A DNA stretch of 64,000 bases from an uncultured Gammaproteobacteria bacterium (GCA_964503125.1 CAZCZE010000010.1:10682-74681); one strand, 5' to 3'; counted from the first letter of the stretch, positions 1 to 7,953 are shown. Notes: generated by a model from the letters alone, not told the origin. Program-made: numbers and translations.

Positions 1-274
1 GGGCCTTCGGCCCGAGCTCGAGTCGCTGCGTGGCACGCACGTCGCCTTTGACCGTGCCGTTCAACACCACGTGCGGCACGACGACCGAGCCCTCAACGCA
101 GCCGCGCTCGCTGATGCTGAGCACGGACTTGTCGTCCTTGGTCGACTTCACGTTGCCCTTGACGTAGCCGTCGACGTGAAAGCCGCCCGTAAATTCGATG
201 TCGCCGTGCACGCGCGTCTCGGCGCCGACCAGCGTCCCGATAGGTGCCTGACTGCGCGATTTCCTACGTAGCAT
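1..274 (-). CDS. Bactofilin (DUF583-type cytoskeletal protein); 5' end present, 3' end runs off the window
   Basis: Reverse-strand ATG at 274-272. My translation is MLRRKSRSQAPIGTLVGAETRVHGDIEFTGGFHVDGYVKGNVKSTKDDKSVLSISERGCVEGSVVVPHVVLNGTVKGDV..., which shows the repetitive G-x-V/I beta-helix pattern typical of bactofilins. It is absent from the ORF track because no stop lies inside the window. It starts 2 nt after the stop of the upstream gene. Confidence 0.75.
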   Translation of the reverse strand, partial: MLRRKSRSQAPIGTLVGAETRVHGDIEFTGGFHVDGYVKGNVKSTKDDKSVLSISERGCVEGSVVVPHVVLNGTVKGDVRATQRLELGPKA

Positions 275-276
275 GC

Positions 277-993
277 TCACTCCGGCGTTGATTCATCTGC
301 AGAGGAAGACCAATCGAACGCTTGGTTGATGCGTTGCGCCCGCGCCTCGTTCGGCCAGATCTCGACCGTCACGCGGTGCGGCTCGAAGCCGAAGGGCAAC
401 GTTAGGTCGGTCTCGAGCCCCTGAAAATAGCGAAACTCGTAGGCCATATCATAGGGCTCACCGGGCGCAACGAGCTCGGCGACGTCGAGTGTCGCCATTT
501 GACCGTCCTGGACGCCCTCCAGTTGCAGCTTCACGGTACCCGAGACGAGGCGACTGTGCACAATCGCCTGAACGAGCAGCAAGCGCAAGAGATAACGGCC
601 CTCGCCGTCGCTCGGCAGGACCTCGAGGCTCTGGATGCGCAGGCCCGCCACCCGGTCCTGCGGTGAGACGATGCCGCGATAGAAGACGAGCTCTTCTTCC
701 TGAGCCTGGATCTGGCCTTGCAGGTCGCTGAGCGTCGCTTTGACCTGCGAGTAAGTCTCGGCGTCGATCTCGCTCCCGGTCTCGACGATGGCGAGCTGAC
801 GGCGCAACTCCTCGCCCGCCGCTTGCTCCGCGGCGAGTCGTTCCGCTGACGCAGCCCGCTCGCGACGTTGATCGAGCATCGAATACCCGCTTTGGTAACG
901 GCCGAGCTCGAACGCGAGATACCAAGAACCGGCGGCCACGGCGGCCGCGAGCACCACGATTGCGATCGGTCTGCTGCGGCCCTGCGTCGTCAT
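277..993 (-). CDS. Membrane-anchored coiled-coil protein of unknown function; resembles the family I recall as DUF6776 (verify)
   Basis: 238-aa ORF with an N-terminal TM segment (IAIVVLAAAVAAGSWYLAF) followed by a Q/E/R-rich coiled-coil stretch. High GC3. Tightly packed between rppH (1-nt gap) and bactofilin (2-nt gap). Confidence 0.6.
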   Translation of the reverse strand: MTTQGRSRPIAIVVLAAAVAAGSWYLAFELGRYQSGYSMLDQRRERAASAERLAAEQAAGEELRRQLAIVETGSEIDAETYSQVKATLSDLQGQIQAQEEELVFYRGIVSPQDRVAGLRIQSLEVLPSDGEGRYLLRLLLVQAIVHSRLVSGTVKLQLEGVQDGQMATLDVAELVAPGEPYDMAYEFRYFQGLETDLTLPFGFEPHRVTVEIWPNEARAQRINQAFDWSSSADESTPE

Positions 994-994
994 G

Positions 995-1549
995 CTAGCT
1001 CGGGTTGCGCTCGTCCAGCGCGTGTTGCCAGCGACGCGGCCACCAGGTCGGCGGCGGCGGCGGGCCGTCGTGCGGAAATGCCAGAGGCCCGAGCTCGTGC
1101 AGCGCGCGTACGTAGACCGGTCGCTTGAAGTACACCACTTCTTTCACGGGCCGCCAGTAATCGACCCAGCGGCAGCGGTCGAACTCGGGCTCGGGGCCGA
1201 GATCGAAGCGCACTCGCTCGGCGCCGGTCCGAAGCTGCAACAGGAACCACCGTTGCTTCTGGCCTATACAGAGCGGCCTTTGCTCGCGCCGGATGTAGCG
1301 ATCGGGCAGCCGATACTTTAGCCAGCCCTCGGTAGAGCCGACGAGCTCGACATCGCTCGGCACGAGCCCCACCTCCTCGCGCAGCTCGCGGAACATCGCC
1401 GCCTCGGTGCCCTCCTCGGGCTGGATGCCGCCCTGCGGAAACTGCCAGCCGCCGCGGCCCCGCCGGCCGGCGATGAGCACGCGGCCGCTGCCATCGGTCA
1501 GGATGATGCCGACGTTGGCGCGAAACCCGTGTTCGTCGATGAAGTCCAT
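995..1549 (-). CDS. rppH: RNA pyrophosphohydrolase RppH (NUDIX)
   Basis: Starting at MDFIDEHGFRANVGIIL, the protein carries the Nudix box GGWQFPQGGIQPEEGTEAAMFRELREEVGL. It is collinear with E. coli RppH as I recall it (CIGQKQRWFLLQL, FKRPVY). The ORF-track start at 1639 is an upstream in-frame GTG and is unlikely to be used. Confidence 0.9.
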   Translation of the reverse strand: MDFIDEHGFRANVGIILTDGSGRVLIAGRRGRGGWQFPQGGIQPEEGTEAAMFRELREEVGLVPSDVELVGSTEGWLKYRLPDRYIRREQRPLCIGQKQRWFLLQLRTGAERVRFDLGPEPEFDRCRWVDYWRPVKEVVYFKRPVYVRALHELGPLAFPHDGPPPPPTWWPRRWQHALDERNPS

Positions 1550-1636
1550 GCTTCGCCCGATTCTTTCATATCGGGGGATGGGTGCCAAAACACGCGACGC
1601 GAAGCTGTGACTGACTTGGCTATTTACGGCCCGTCC

Positions 1637-1867
1637 CACGGCATTGCGCCCGCGCGCCTTGGCCTCGTATAAGGCGACGTCGGCCCGCGAAAGCAGCCGT
1701 TGCGCGGCGACCTCGAGATCCTCCTCGCCCTCGCCCCCGCGGTGCTCGCCCGATGGACACGGTCATCGGTAGCCGGCACCGTTGTCGGGCAGCTCGAAGG
1801 GCTCGGCCGTCAACGCGTCGGTATAGCCGCGGCGTAATTGCGTGAGCTCGTGGTCATCCCTTTCCAC
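1637..1867 (-). pseudogene. Decayed C-terminal remnant of a GGDEF (diguanylate cyclase) domain
   Basis: The reverse-strand translation gives ...AEPFELPDNGAGYR*PCPSGEHRGGEGEEDLEVAAQRLLSRADVALYEAKARGRNAV, with an in-frame TGA at 1765-1763. The expected TVSIG motif (LPMTVSIG) is present only in a shifted frame. No GG[D/E]EF motif or N-terminal part is present. Confidence 0.5.
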
Positions 1868-1893
1868 GGTACCTCCCTCAGACGATGAGGTCG

Positions 1894-2982
1894 TTAAGTG
1901 CGTTTCTCGAGATAGCGGCGTCCGGCCGCCATGAGCTCGACGAACCCCGCCTCGTCGCGGCTCTCGACGAGCCGTTCGATGCGCTCGGTCGCGGTGCGCA
2001 GCCCCTGCAGCGCGACGGTCCCATAGTCGTTGAGCGTCTGGATATCGAAATACAGGTGTGGATTGTCGCGCGCCACGAGGCTCGCCACGCGCAGCTGCGC
2101 GTCGAACGTCGTGCTCGACATGCGCTGTAGCCTCGGCACGAGCTCGCCGCTCTCGGCGAGGGCCGTGAAGAACGCCAGGTTCAACGCGTGCGACAAGCCG
2201 AGGACGTACGCCATGAGCCGATCGTGATCGTCGACGCTCATCTCCGTCTGCTCGGCCATCGTCGAGGCGAACAAGGCGCGGGCCTCTCGCGTCGCCTCCG
2301 GGACGCCGACGTCGCAGAACACGACGTGGCGGCCCGACAAGAGCCGCGTGTCGGGGCCGAACAACGGATGGATCGACGTCACCTTGCAGCCGGCCGCCGC
2401 GAGGCGCTCGAGCCCGCCGCGTAGCGGACTCTTGAGCGAGCCGATGTCGATCACGACGCCGCGCGGCCGCCGCGTTGCGAGCTCGGTGAGCACTTCACCC
2501 GCCACCTTCATCGGCGTCGCCACGATGATGAGGTCGTGGTCGAGCCGGTCGTCGCGCCAATCTGCGATGCGCGCGAACGGCGCCGGCGCCGGGCTCGGAT
2601 CCGAGATCTCGATGGCGAAGCCTTGCGAGCTCAAAAAATGCCCGAACCAAGCGCCCATCTTGCCGGCGCCGCCGATGATCAAGACGCGCTTGCCGGCGCC
2701 CTTCGTCTGTGCCGCGACGCGCGTCTGCTCTTGGTGAGTCAGCGACGCGCGAATCAGAATCTCCATGATCTCACCCGCGAGCTCGGGCTCGAGGCCAAGT
2801 GCCTGCGCTCGCTCGTGGGCGGCTTTCAACACTTCTCGCTCGCGCTCATAATCTCGCGTCGGCACGGAGTTCTGGATCTTGTGGCCGCCGATCTCGGCGA
2901 CGATTTTCTGCCTGGCAGCCACGAGACCGATGAGGTCGCGGTCGACTTCGGACAGACGTTTACGTAATTCTTCGAGTGCCAT
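1894..2982 (-). CDS. tyrA: Bifunctional chorismate mutase / prephenate dehydrogenase (T-protein)
   Basis: 362 aa. N-terminal CM_2 signature (LEELRKRLSEVDRDLIGLVAARQKIVAEIGGHK...PTRDYEREREVL), followed by a Rossmann motif (VLIIGGAGKMGAWF) and a prephenate dehydrogenase body. Confidence 0.85.
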   Translation of the reverse strand: MALEELRKRLSEVDRDLIGLVAARQKIVAEIGGHKIQNSVPTRDYEREREVLKAAHERAQALGLEPELAGEIMEILIRASLTHQEQTRVAAQTKGAGKRVLIIGGAGKMGAWFGHFLSSQGFAIEISDPSPAPAPFARIADWRDDRLDHDLIIVATPMKVAGEVLTELATRRPRGVVIDIGSLKSPLRGGLERLAAAGCKVTSIHPLFGPDTRLLSGRHVVFCDVGVPEATREARALFASTMAEQTEMSVDDHDRLMAYVLGLSHALNLAFFTALAESGELVPRLQRMSSTTFDAQLRVASLVARDNPHLYFDIQTLNDYGTVALQGLRTATERIERLVESRDEAGFVELMAAGRRYLEKRT

Positions 2983-3066
2983 GCTTACCTCGTGAGGGCG
3001 GGTTGTAACCTCGCGGGGGGTCGAGGCGCAAGATCGCTACGAGAGCCGCGACCAAAGGATCGAGCA

Positions 3067-3912
3067 ATGACCAAGCCTTCCGTCGACAAAGTCAGCGAGT
3101 CGCGCTGTTTCGAGGGCCGCCAGATCGTCTACAAGCACGTGTCCCAAGCTTGCGCTTGCACGATGCGTTTCGCGGTGTTCCTCCCGCCGCAGGCGGAGCT
3201 TGAAGCCGTGCCCGCCCTGTACTGGCTTTCCGGGCTCACGTGCACGGAGGAGAACTTCAGCGTCAAAGCCGGAGCGCAGCGCTATGCGGCCGAGCTCGGA
3301 ATGGCCTTGATCATCCCGGACACGAGCCCGCGCGGCGTCGACATCCCGGGCCAAGACGCACAAATGGACGTCGGTACGGGCGCCGGGTTCTACGTCAATG
3401 CGACTGAGGCCCCGTGGGCTGCGCACTATCGCATGTACGACTACATCCGCGACGAGCTGCCGGCCGTCGTCAACGCCAATCTGCCCGTCGATCCCGCGCG
3501 CAAGTCGATCAGCGGTCACTCGATGGGCGGGCACGGCGCGCTCATCATCGGCGTCGGTAACCCGGAGAGCTATCGTTCCGTGTCGGCGTTCGCGCCGATC
3601 GCCGCCGCGAGTCTATCCGGCTGGGGCCAGCACGCGCTGACCGCCTATCTCGGCCCCGACCGCGAGCGTTGGCTCGCTTACGACGCCGCCACCGTGATTC
3701 GTCGGCGTCCCAGCCGACACGAGCTGCTCGTCGATCAGGGCATGGCCGACCCCTACCTCGAGCAATTGCGTCCCGACGAGCTCGAGCAGGCGTGCCGCGA
3801 ATCGGGCCAGCGCCTCACGCACCGGAAGCGCGCCGGCTACGACCACGGCTATTACTTCGTGAGCACGTTCGTCGCCGAGCATCTGCGCTTCCACGCGGCG
3901 GCCCTGGGCTGA
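3067..3912 (+). CDS. fghA: S-formylglutathione hydrolase (esterase D family)
   Basis: Starts at ATG 3067 (MTKPSVDKVSESRCFEGRQIVYKH...). Has FAVFLPPQ, YWLSGLTCTEENF, the nucleophile motif GHSMGGHGAL, and a C-terminal YDHGYYF. Confidence 0.85.
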   Translation: MTKPSVDKVSESRCFEGRQIVYKHVSQACACTMRFAVFLPPQAELEAVPALYWLSGLTCTEENFSVKAGAQRYAAELGMALIIPDTSPRGVDIPGQDAQMDVGTGAGFYVNATEAPWAAHYRMYDYIRDELPAVVNANLPVDPARKSISGHSMGGHGALIIGVGNPESYRSVSAFAPIAAASLSGWGQHALTAYLGPDRERWLAYDAATVIRRRPSRHELLVDQGMADPYLEQLRPDELEQACRESGQRLTHRKRAGYDHGYYFVSTFVAEHLRFHAAALG

Positions 3913-3923
3913 GTCTTCCCTTC

Positions 3924-4574
3924 ATGCCGCCTTTGCTCACGCCGCCGCCCGACGATCCCGTGCTCACTGCGGCGGAGTGGCTCGCCGCAGCCGAAGCGCT
4001 CGGCCGGCGCAACGCCAATGCCGTCGCGCTCGCGACGACGGATGCCGCGGGCAAGCCGTCCGTGCGCATGGTGCTGCTCAAGGAGCTCGCGCCGGCGGGC
4101 TATGCCGTGTTCTATACGAACTACGGCTCGCGCAAGGCTGCCGAGCTCACGGCCACGCAGCGCGCGGCCGGCGTGCTCTACTGGCACGAGCTCGGCCGGC
4201 AGATCCGGTTCGAAGGCGTCGTCGTGCGCTCGCCAGCGGCCGAGAGCGACGCCTATTTCGCCACTCGGCCGTGGCGCAGTCAGCTCAACGCCTGGAGCAG
4301 CCAGCAGAGCCGGCCGCTCGACGATCCCGCCGAGCTCGAGCGGCGCGCCGCAAAAATCGCCGCCGAACGCGCGGCCGACACGGCACGTGCGGCGAAGACC
4401 CTGCCGCGGCCCGACTTCTGGGGCGGCTACCGCCTCTGGTTCGACGCCGTCGAGCTCTGGGTCGAAGGTCAGGACCGGTTTCACGAGCGGCTGCGCTACG
4501 AGCGCCGGCTTACGCGGCGCGAAGAGCACAGCTTCGCGGCCGGCCGCTGGCTCAGGCAGCGCCTGCAACCCTAG
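3924..4574 (+). CDS. pdxH: Pyridoxamine 5'-phosphate oxidase
   Basis: Starts at ATG 3924. Contains ATTDAAGKPSVRMVLLK, YTNYGSRKAAEL, LYWHELGRQIRFEG, YFATRPWRSQL, WGGYRL and a C-terminal ...RLQP, all typical of PdxH. Confidence 0.85.
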   Translation: MPPLLTPPPDDPVLTAAEWLAAAEALGRRNANAVALATTDAAGKPSVRMVLLKELAPAGYAVFYTNYGSRKAAELTATQRAAGVLYWHELGRQIRFEGVVVRSPAAESDAYFATRPWRSQLNAWSSQQSRPLDDPAELERRAAKIAAERAADTARAAKTLPRPDFWGGYRLWFDAVELWVEGQDRFHERLRYERRLTRREEHSFAAGRWLRQRLQP

Positions 4575-4592
4575 GCCGACGGTGGACGACGC

Positions 4593-4778
4593 TTGATTCA
4601 TCTCGCGACGATCACGTGCCCGTACTGTTGGGAAGCCATCGAGATCGCGCTCGACCTGTCGGTCGAGGCACAGCAGCAGGTCGAAGATTGTTCGGTGTGC
4701 TGCCGGCCGATCGTCTTCCGCTATCGGGCCGAGGACGGCGAGCTCGCCGAGCTCGACGTCGAGGCCGAGGGCCGCTGA
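4593..4778 (+). CDS. CPXCG motif-containing cysteine-rich small protein
   Basis: 61 aa with two Cys pairs (CPYC ... CSVCC). TTG start. Its TGA overlaps the ATG of the next gene (ATGA, 4776-4780). Confidence 0.6.
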   Translation: MIHLATITCPYCWEAIEIALDLSVEAQQQVEDCSVCCRPIVFRYRAEDGELAELDVEAEGR

Positions 4779-7351
4779 TGAGGCGCGCCGCCACGATCGC
4801 TTACGCGCTGACCGCCTTCGCCGCCGCCGGCGAGGAGCGTATCGCCGAAGTCCGGCAGGGCACGAACCTCGCCGTCGCGCTCTCGCCCGACGGCCGCACG
4901 CTCGTCGTCGACCTCATGGGCCAGCTCTGGACGCTGCCGGCGTCCGGCGGCGGCGCCGTGCCCGTCACGCCACCGGGCGAGCAAGCCCGGCAACCGCGTT
5001 TCAGCCCCGACGGCACGCACGTCGTTTATCAGCGCCTCGGCGACGGCCAATGGGACGTCTGGCTGCTCGACCTCGCGAGCGGCGAGCAGGAAGCGCTCGC
5101 GACGTCGCCATACGACGAGCGCGAACCGGAGTTCGCCGCCGACGGGCGCTCCGTGGTGTTCGCGGCGAACCGCTCCGGTCGCCATAGCCTCTGGTCGGTT
5201 GCGCTCGACGGCCGAGTCGAGACCGAGCTCACGCACGAGGCGGGCGCGGCCTCGTTCCCGACGATCTCCGAGCACGGGCTCTTGGCCTATGTCGTGGCGG
5301 ACGGCAACGCATGGTCGCTCAAGGTGCGCGCGAGCGACGGCGTGACGACGACGGTGCACACGAGCACGCGGCGGCTGTCGCCGCCGTCGTGGCGCCCCGG
5401 CGGCGGCGTGCTCGTGTTCGGCGAACAAGACTCGGTCGTATCGAGCCAGCTGCGCATGCTGTTGCTCGCCGAGCCGCGCGCGCTGAAAACGCTCAGCGCC
5501 GCCGAGGATCTGTTCGCGTCGCGACCCGCGTGGGTGTCCGGCGCCGAGCTCATCTACGCGGCCGACGGTCAGCTCTGGCGGCGCGGCATCGCGACACCGA
5601 CGCGCGAGCCGATTCACCTCTTCGCCGCCTCGGCCGTCGAGGTCACCGCAGCACCCACGGACCTCGTACCGTTCGACGATCGCGGCGAACGGCCTGCGCT
5701 CGGCGTCAACGCGCTCGCGCGCTCGCCCGATGGCAGGCGAGCCGTTTTCACGGCGCTCGGCGACGTCTGGCTCGTCGAGCGCGGCACGGCGCAGCGATTG
5801 ACCGATGACGCGTTCATCGAGCTCGACCCGGTTTTCTGGCCCGACGGCGAGTCGATCGTGTTCGCCGGCGAGCGCACGGGGCAGTTCGAGCTTTGGCGAC
5901 TCGCGTTGCGCGATCGCCGGCTCACGCAGCTCACGTTCGGCGCGTTGCGGCCGCACCGGCCCGCCGTGCGACCGGACGGCCAACGGCTCGCCTACCTTGC
6001 GACCGCGAGCCTCGAGCCGTGGGGCGGCGCGACGACGCTCGAGGTACTCGACCTGCAAAGCGGCAACCCGATCACGAGGGCCACGGGTGTCGTCGACGGC
6101 CGGGTCCTCACCTGGTCCGAGGACGGCCGCGCCCTTCGCCTGCGCGCGAGCGCGGCCGAGCTGCGTGGCGGCGACCCGAGCATCGAGCTCGACGCTACGG
6201 CCGCAAGCCCCGCCGCGGCCGACGGGACGCCGGGCGCTCCGCCGGCCCCCACCGTGCGCTGGGCTCCACCGGCCGCCCCGCCCGCCTACGTCGTCGAGAT
6301 CGGCCGGCTATTCGACGGCACGCGCGCGACCTATCGCCGGCACGTCGACCTGCACGTGCGCGACGGCCGCATCGCCGCGGTCGTGAGCCGCGGCGCGCTG
6401 CCGCCGCCAGGCCCCGTGATCGACGCGCGCGAGGCCACGGTGATCCCGGGGCTCATCGACGTGCACGCGCACTTGAGCTCGCTCGTCGGCGAACGGCTCG
6501 GGCGCGCGTTGCTCGCCTACGGCGTGACGACGGTCCGAGAGATCGCGCCGCGCCCCGGCGAGAGCCTCGAGCGGGCCGAGACGTGGGCCAGCGGCCGCGG
6601 CCCGGGACCGCGACTCGTCATCACGCCGACGCACGGCGATTCGGCAGGGTTGGCCGCGACGGCTTCACCGATCCGCCCGTACCGCGGCATCGCCAACGGC
6701 TTCGCCCACAGCTTGCGCAACCAAGCGCTGCGGGTCGGCGTGCCGCGGCTCGACGACTACCCCGCGCGCCTGAGTGTCGGTCTTTTGGACTCGAGCAACG
6801 AGCTCGAGCTGTCGCCTGGGCTCGCGGTGTACCAAGACGGCTTCAGTCGCTTCGTCGCTTCGGGCTCGACTTTCGTGACCGGCTTGGCCGCGTTGGCCGG
6901 GGTCGCGCGAAGCCCCCGCCCGGTTCAGGATGCCGCGTATCGGACACTGTTCACGAGCGTCGAGCGGGCAAGCTGGGAGCGGCCAGACGGGCTCGCGGCA
7001 ATGCTGCCGCCGCTCGGGGAGACGGTCGGCCGACTCGTCCGCGCCGGCGGCCGCGTGGCGATCGGCTCCGATGCGCCGGCCGTCCCCTACGGTCTCGGGG
7101 TGCATCTCGAGCTGGCCCTGCTGGCCGACGCCGGCATCGCCAACGACCAACTCCTGCGCCTGGCCACGATCGAGGGGGCTTTGGCGCTCGGCCTCGAGGC
7201 CGAGCTCGGCACGCTCGAGGAAGGCAAGGTCGCGGATTTCGTGGTGCTCGACGGCGACCCGCTGGCCAACATCGCAACCACGCTCGCGATCGCGGCCGTC
7301 GCGAAGGGCGGCGTCTGGTACGACCGCTCGACGCTGCTCGCGACACCCTGA
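4778..7351 (+). CDS. Secreted TolB-like beta-propeller / amidohydrolase fusion protein
   Basis: 857 aa from ATG 4778. Signal-like N-terminus (MRRAATIAYALTAFAAAG). Repeated PD40/WD40-like units (SPDG..VVY, FAADGRSVVF, WPDGESIVFAGERTG, RPDGQRLAY). The C-terminal metal-dependent hydrolase body has GLIDVHAH and IGSDAP motifs. The 1124-aa ORF from 3977 is an out-of-frame upstream extension over pdxH. Confidence 0.8.
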   Translation: MRRAATIAYALTAFAAAGEERIAEVRQGTNLAVALSPDGRTLVVDLMGQLWTLPASGGGAVPVTPPGEQARQPRFSPDGTHVVYQRLGDGQWDVWLLDLASGEQEALATSPYDEREPEFAADGRSVVFAANRSGRHSLWSVALDGRVETELTHEAGAASFPTISEHGLLAYVVADGNAWSLKVRASDGVTTTVHTSTRRLSPPSWRPGGGVLVFGEQDSVVSSQLRMLLLAEPRALKTLSAAEDLFASRPAWVSGAELIYAADGQLWRRGIATPTREPIHLFAASAVEVTAAPTDLVPFDDRGERPALGVNALARSPDGRRAVFTALGDVWLVERGTAQRLTDDAFIELDPVFWPDGESIVFAGERTGQFELWRLALRDRRLTQLTFGALRPHRPAVRPDGQRLAYLATASLEPWGGATTLEVLDLQSGNPITRATGVVDGRVLTWSEDGRALRLRASAAELRGGDPSIELDATAASPAAADGTPGAPPAPTVRWAPPAAPPAYVVEIGRLFDGTRATYRRHVDLHVRDGRIAAVVSRGALPPPGPVIDAREATVIPGLIDVHAHLSSLVGERLGRALLAYGVTTVREIAPRPGESLERAETWASGRGPGPRLVITPTHGDSAGLAATASPIRPYRGIANGFAHSLRNQALRVGVPRLDDYPARLSVGLLDSSNELELSPGLAVYQDGFSRFVASGSTFVTGLAALAGVARSPRPVQDAAYRTLFTSVERASWERPDGLAAMLPPLGETVGRLVRAGGRVAIGSDAPAVPYGLGVHLELALLADAGIANDQLLRLATIEGALALGLEAELGTLEEGKVADFVVLDGDPLANIATTLAIAAVAKGGVWYDRSTLLATP

Positions 7352-7470
7352 TGTCAGCCGCTTTTACGATGAGGGGCTGCGAGCGAACCGGCGGCCACAA
7401 AGGCACCGAAAAGTGCGCGCCCTTGAGAAACAGATGGTTAGCGGGCTTTACTCACCGTCAACACGAATAT

Positions 7471-7500
7471 CGCCGACTAACTAGACTGTCGGGCGGTTTT
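7471..7500 (+). terminator. Weak hairpin plus short T-run downstream of the amidohydrolase gene
   Basis: CGCCGAC-N10-GTCGGGCG followed by GTTTT. The stem is imperfect and the U-tract is short. Confidence 0.3.
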
Positions 7501-7577
7501 ACAGGGCTGCCCTCGTGTTTCACGTAACAGGCTAGCCCATTTCCTTAGCTGGCTGTTTTTGCTGTCCTTTCGCTCCG

Positions 7578-7593
7578 TGGCATGGGTCTTGCT
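7578..7593 (+). promoter_or_regulatory. Candidate sigma54 (RpoN) -24/-12 promoter
   Basis: TGGCATGGGTCTTGCT versus the consensus TGGCACGR-N3-TTGCW. Only one defined position differs (C to T). GG to GC spacing is correct. It is intergenic, about 250 nt upstream of a strong terminator. Predicted +1 is near 7604. Confidence 0.6.
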
Positions 7594-7603
7594 TCACTAG
7601 GGC

Positions 7604-7858
7604 GTCCCGACCCAGGGACTAGTGAGTGCGCAAACAGACAGAAAACGATGCGAATTCGCAAAGGGTTCTGTTAAATTTGAAAACTACACAGAAGAACAAG
7701 AAAGTAGAAGAACAAGAAAAGAAATTGGCTGGACAATAACAACAAGCCGCTCGGCGCTCCTTGCGAGCACAACGAGCAACAGCCAGGCCGCATACTTGAA
7801 ACCGTAAACTCCGATAACAAAAAAATCTGACCCGGCGTTCCCACCGCCGGGTTTTTTC
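7604..7858 (+). ncRNA. Candidate sigma54-dependent A-rich small RNA (CrcZ/CrcY-like architecture)
   Basis: Bounded by the -24/-12 element and the intrinsic terminator. GC is far below the flanks. It holds several A-rich ARN/AAnAAnAA-like tracts: 7631-7646; the 14-nt direct repeat AGAAGAACAAGAAA at 7690-7703 and 7706-7719; ACAATAACAACAAG at 7733-7746; 7768-7782; and GATAACAAAAAAA at 7813-7825. No experimental or homology confirmation was possible here. Confidence 0.4.
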
Positions 7859-7863
7859 TTTTT
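7830..7863 (+). terminator. Rho-independent terminator
   Basis: ACCCGGCG-TTCCCAC-CGCCGGGT, an 8-bp GC-rich stem with a 7-nt loop, followed directly by TTTTTCTTTTT. Confidence 0.8.
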
Positions 7864-7953
7864 GGGGCCCAAAAACCGACGATTCGTGACCGAGGCCCGC
7901 GTGAGCAGAGACGCGCCGTGATCCACTAGCGGCTCCGACGGAAGACGCCTGTA

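Noticed and set aside
3977-4777. The N-terminal 267 codons of the 1124-aa ORF at 3977-7351.
   Set aside because: This part overlaps pdxH and the CPXCG gene out of frame and translates to an Arg-rich nonsense sequence. A signal-peptide-like start at ATG 4778, coupled to the upstream stop, is the credible start.
7622-7807. A 61-aa ORF (GTG start, AGGGA 4 nt upstream) inside the candidate sRNA.
   Set aside because: By my count GC3 is about 43 percent, against about 80 percent or more in every confident gene of the window. It uses many AGA/AAA/ACA codons, and the sequence is hydrophilic low-complexity. It was not called as a CDS, although a small foreign gene or a dual-function RNA cannot be excluded.
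7352-7953. Whether the AT-rich gap is a tmRNA, 6S RNA, RNase P RNA, SRP RNA or a known riboswitch (cobalamin was considered because a PduO-type adenosyltransferase lies downstream).
   Set aside because: - No tRNA-like 5' GGGG…/3' …TCCACCA ends and no ANDxxxxALAA-type tag frame.
- No GGAGGAAAGTCCGGGC (RNase P) or GGUCAGGUCCGGAAGGAAGCAGCC-like (SRP) block.
- No B12-box-like GCCACTG core, and no TPP, SAM, FMN or c-di-GMP signatures that I can recognise.
- 6S cannot be excluded by eye, but the genomic context is not the usual one.
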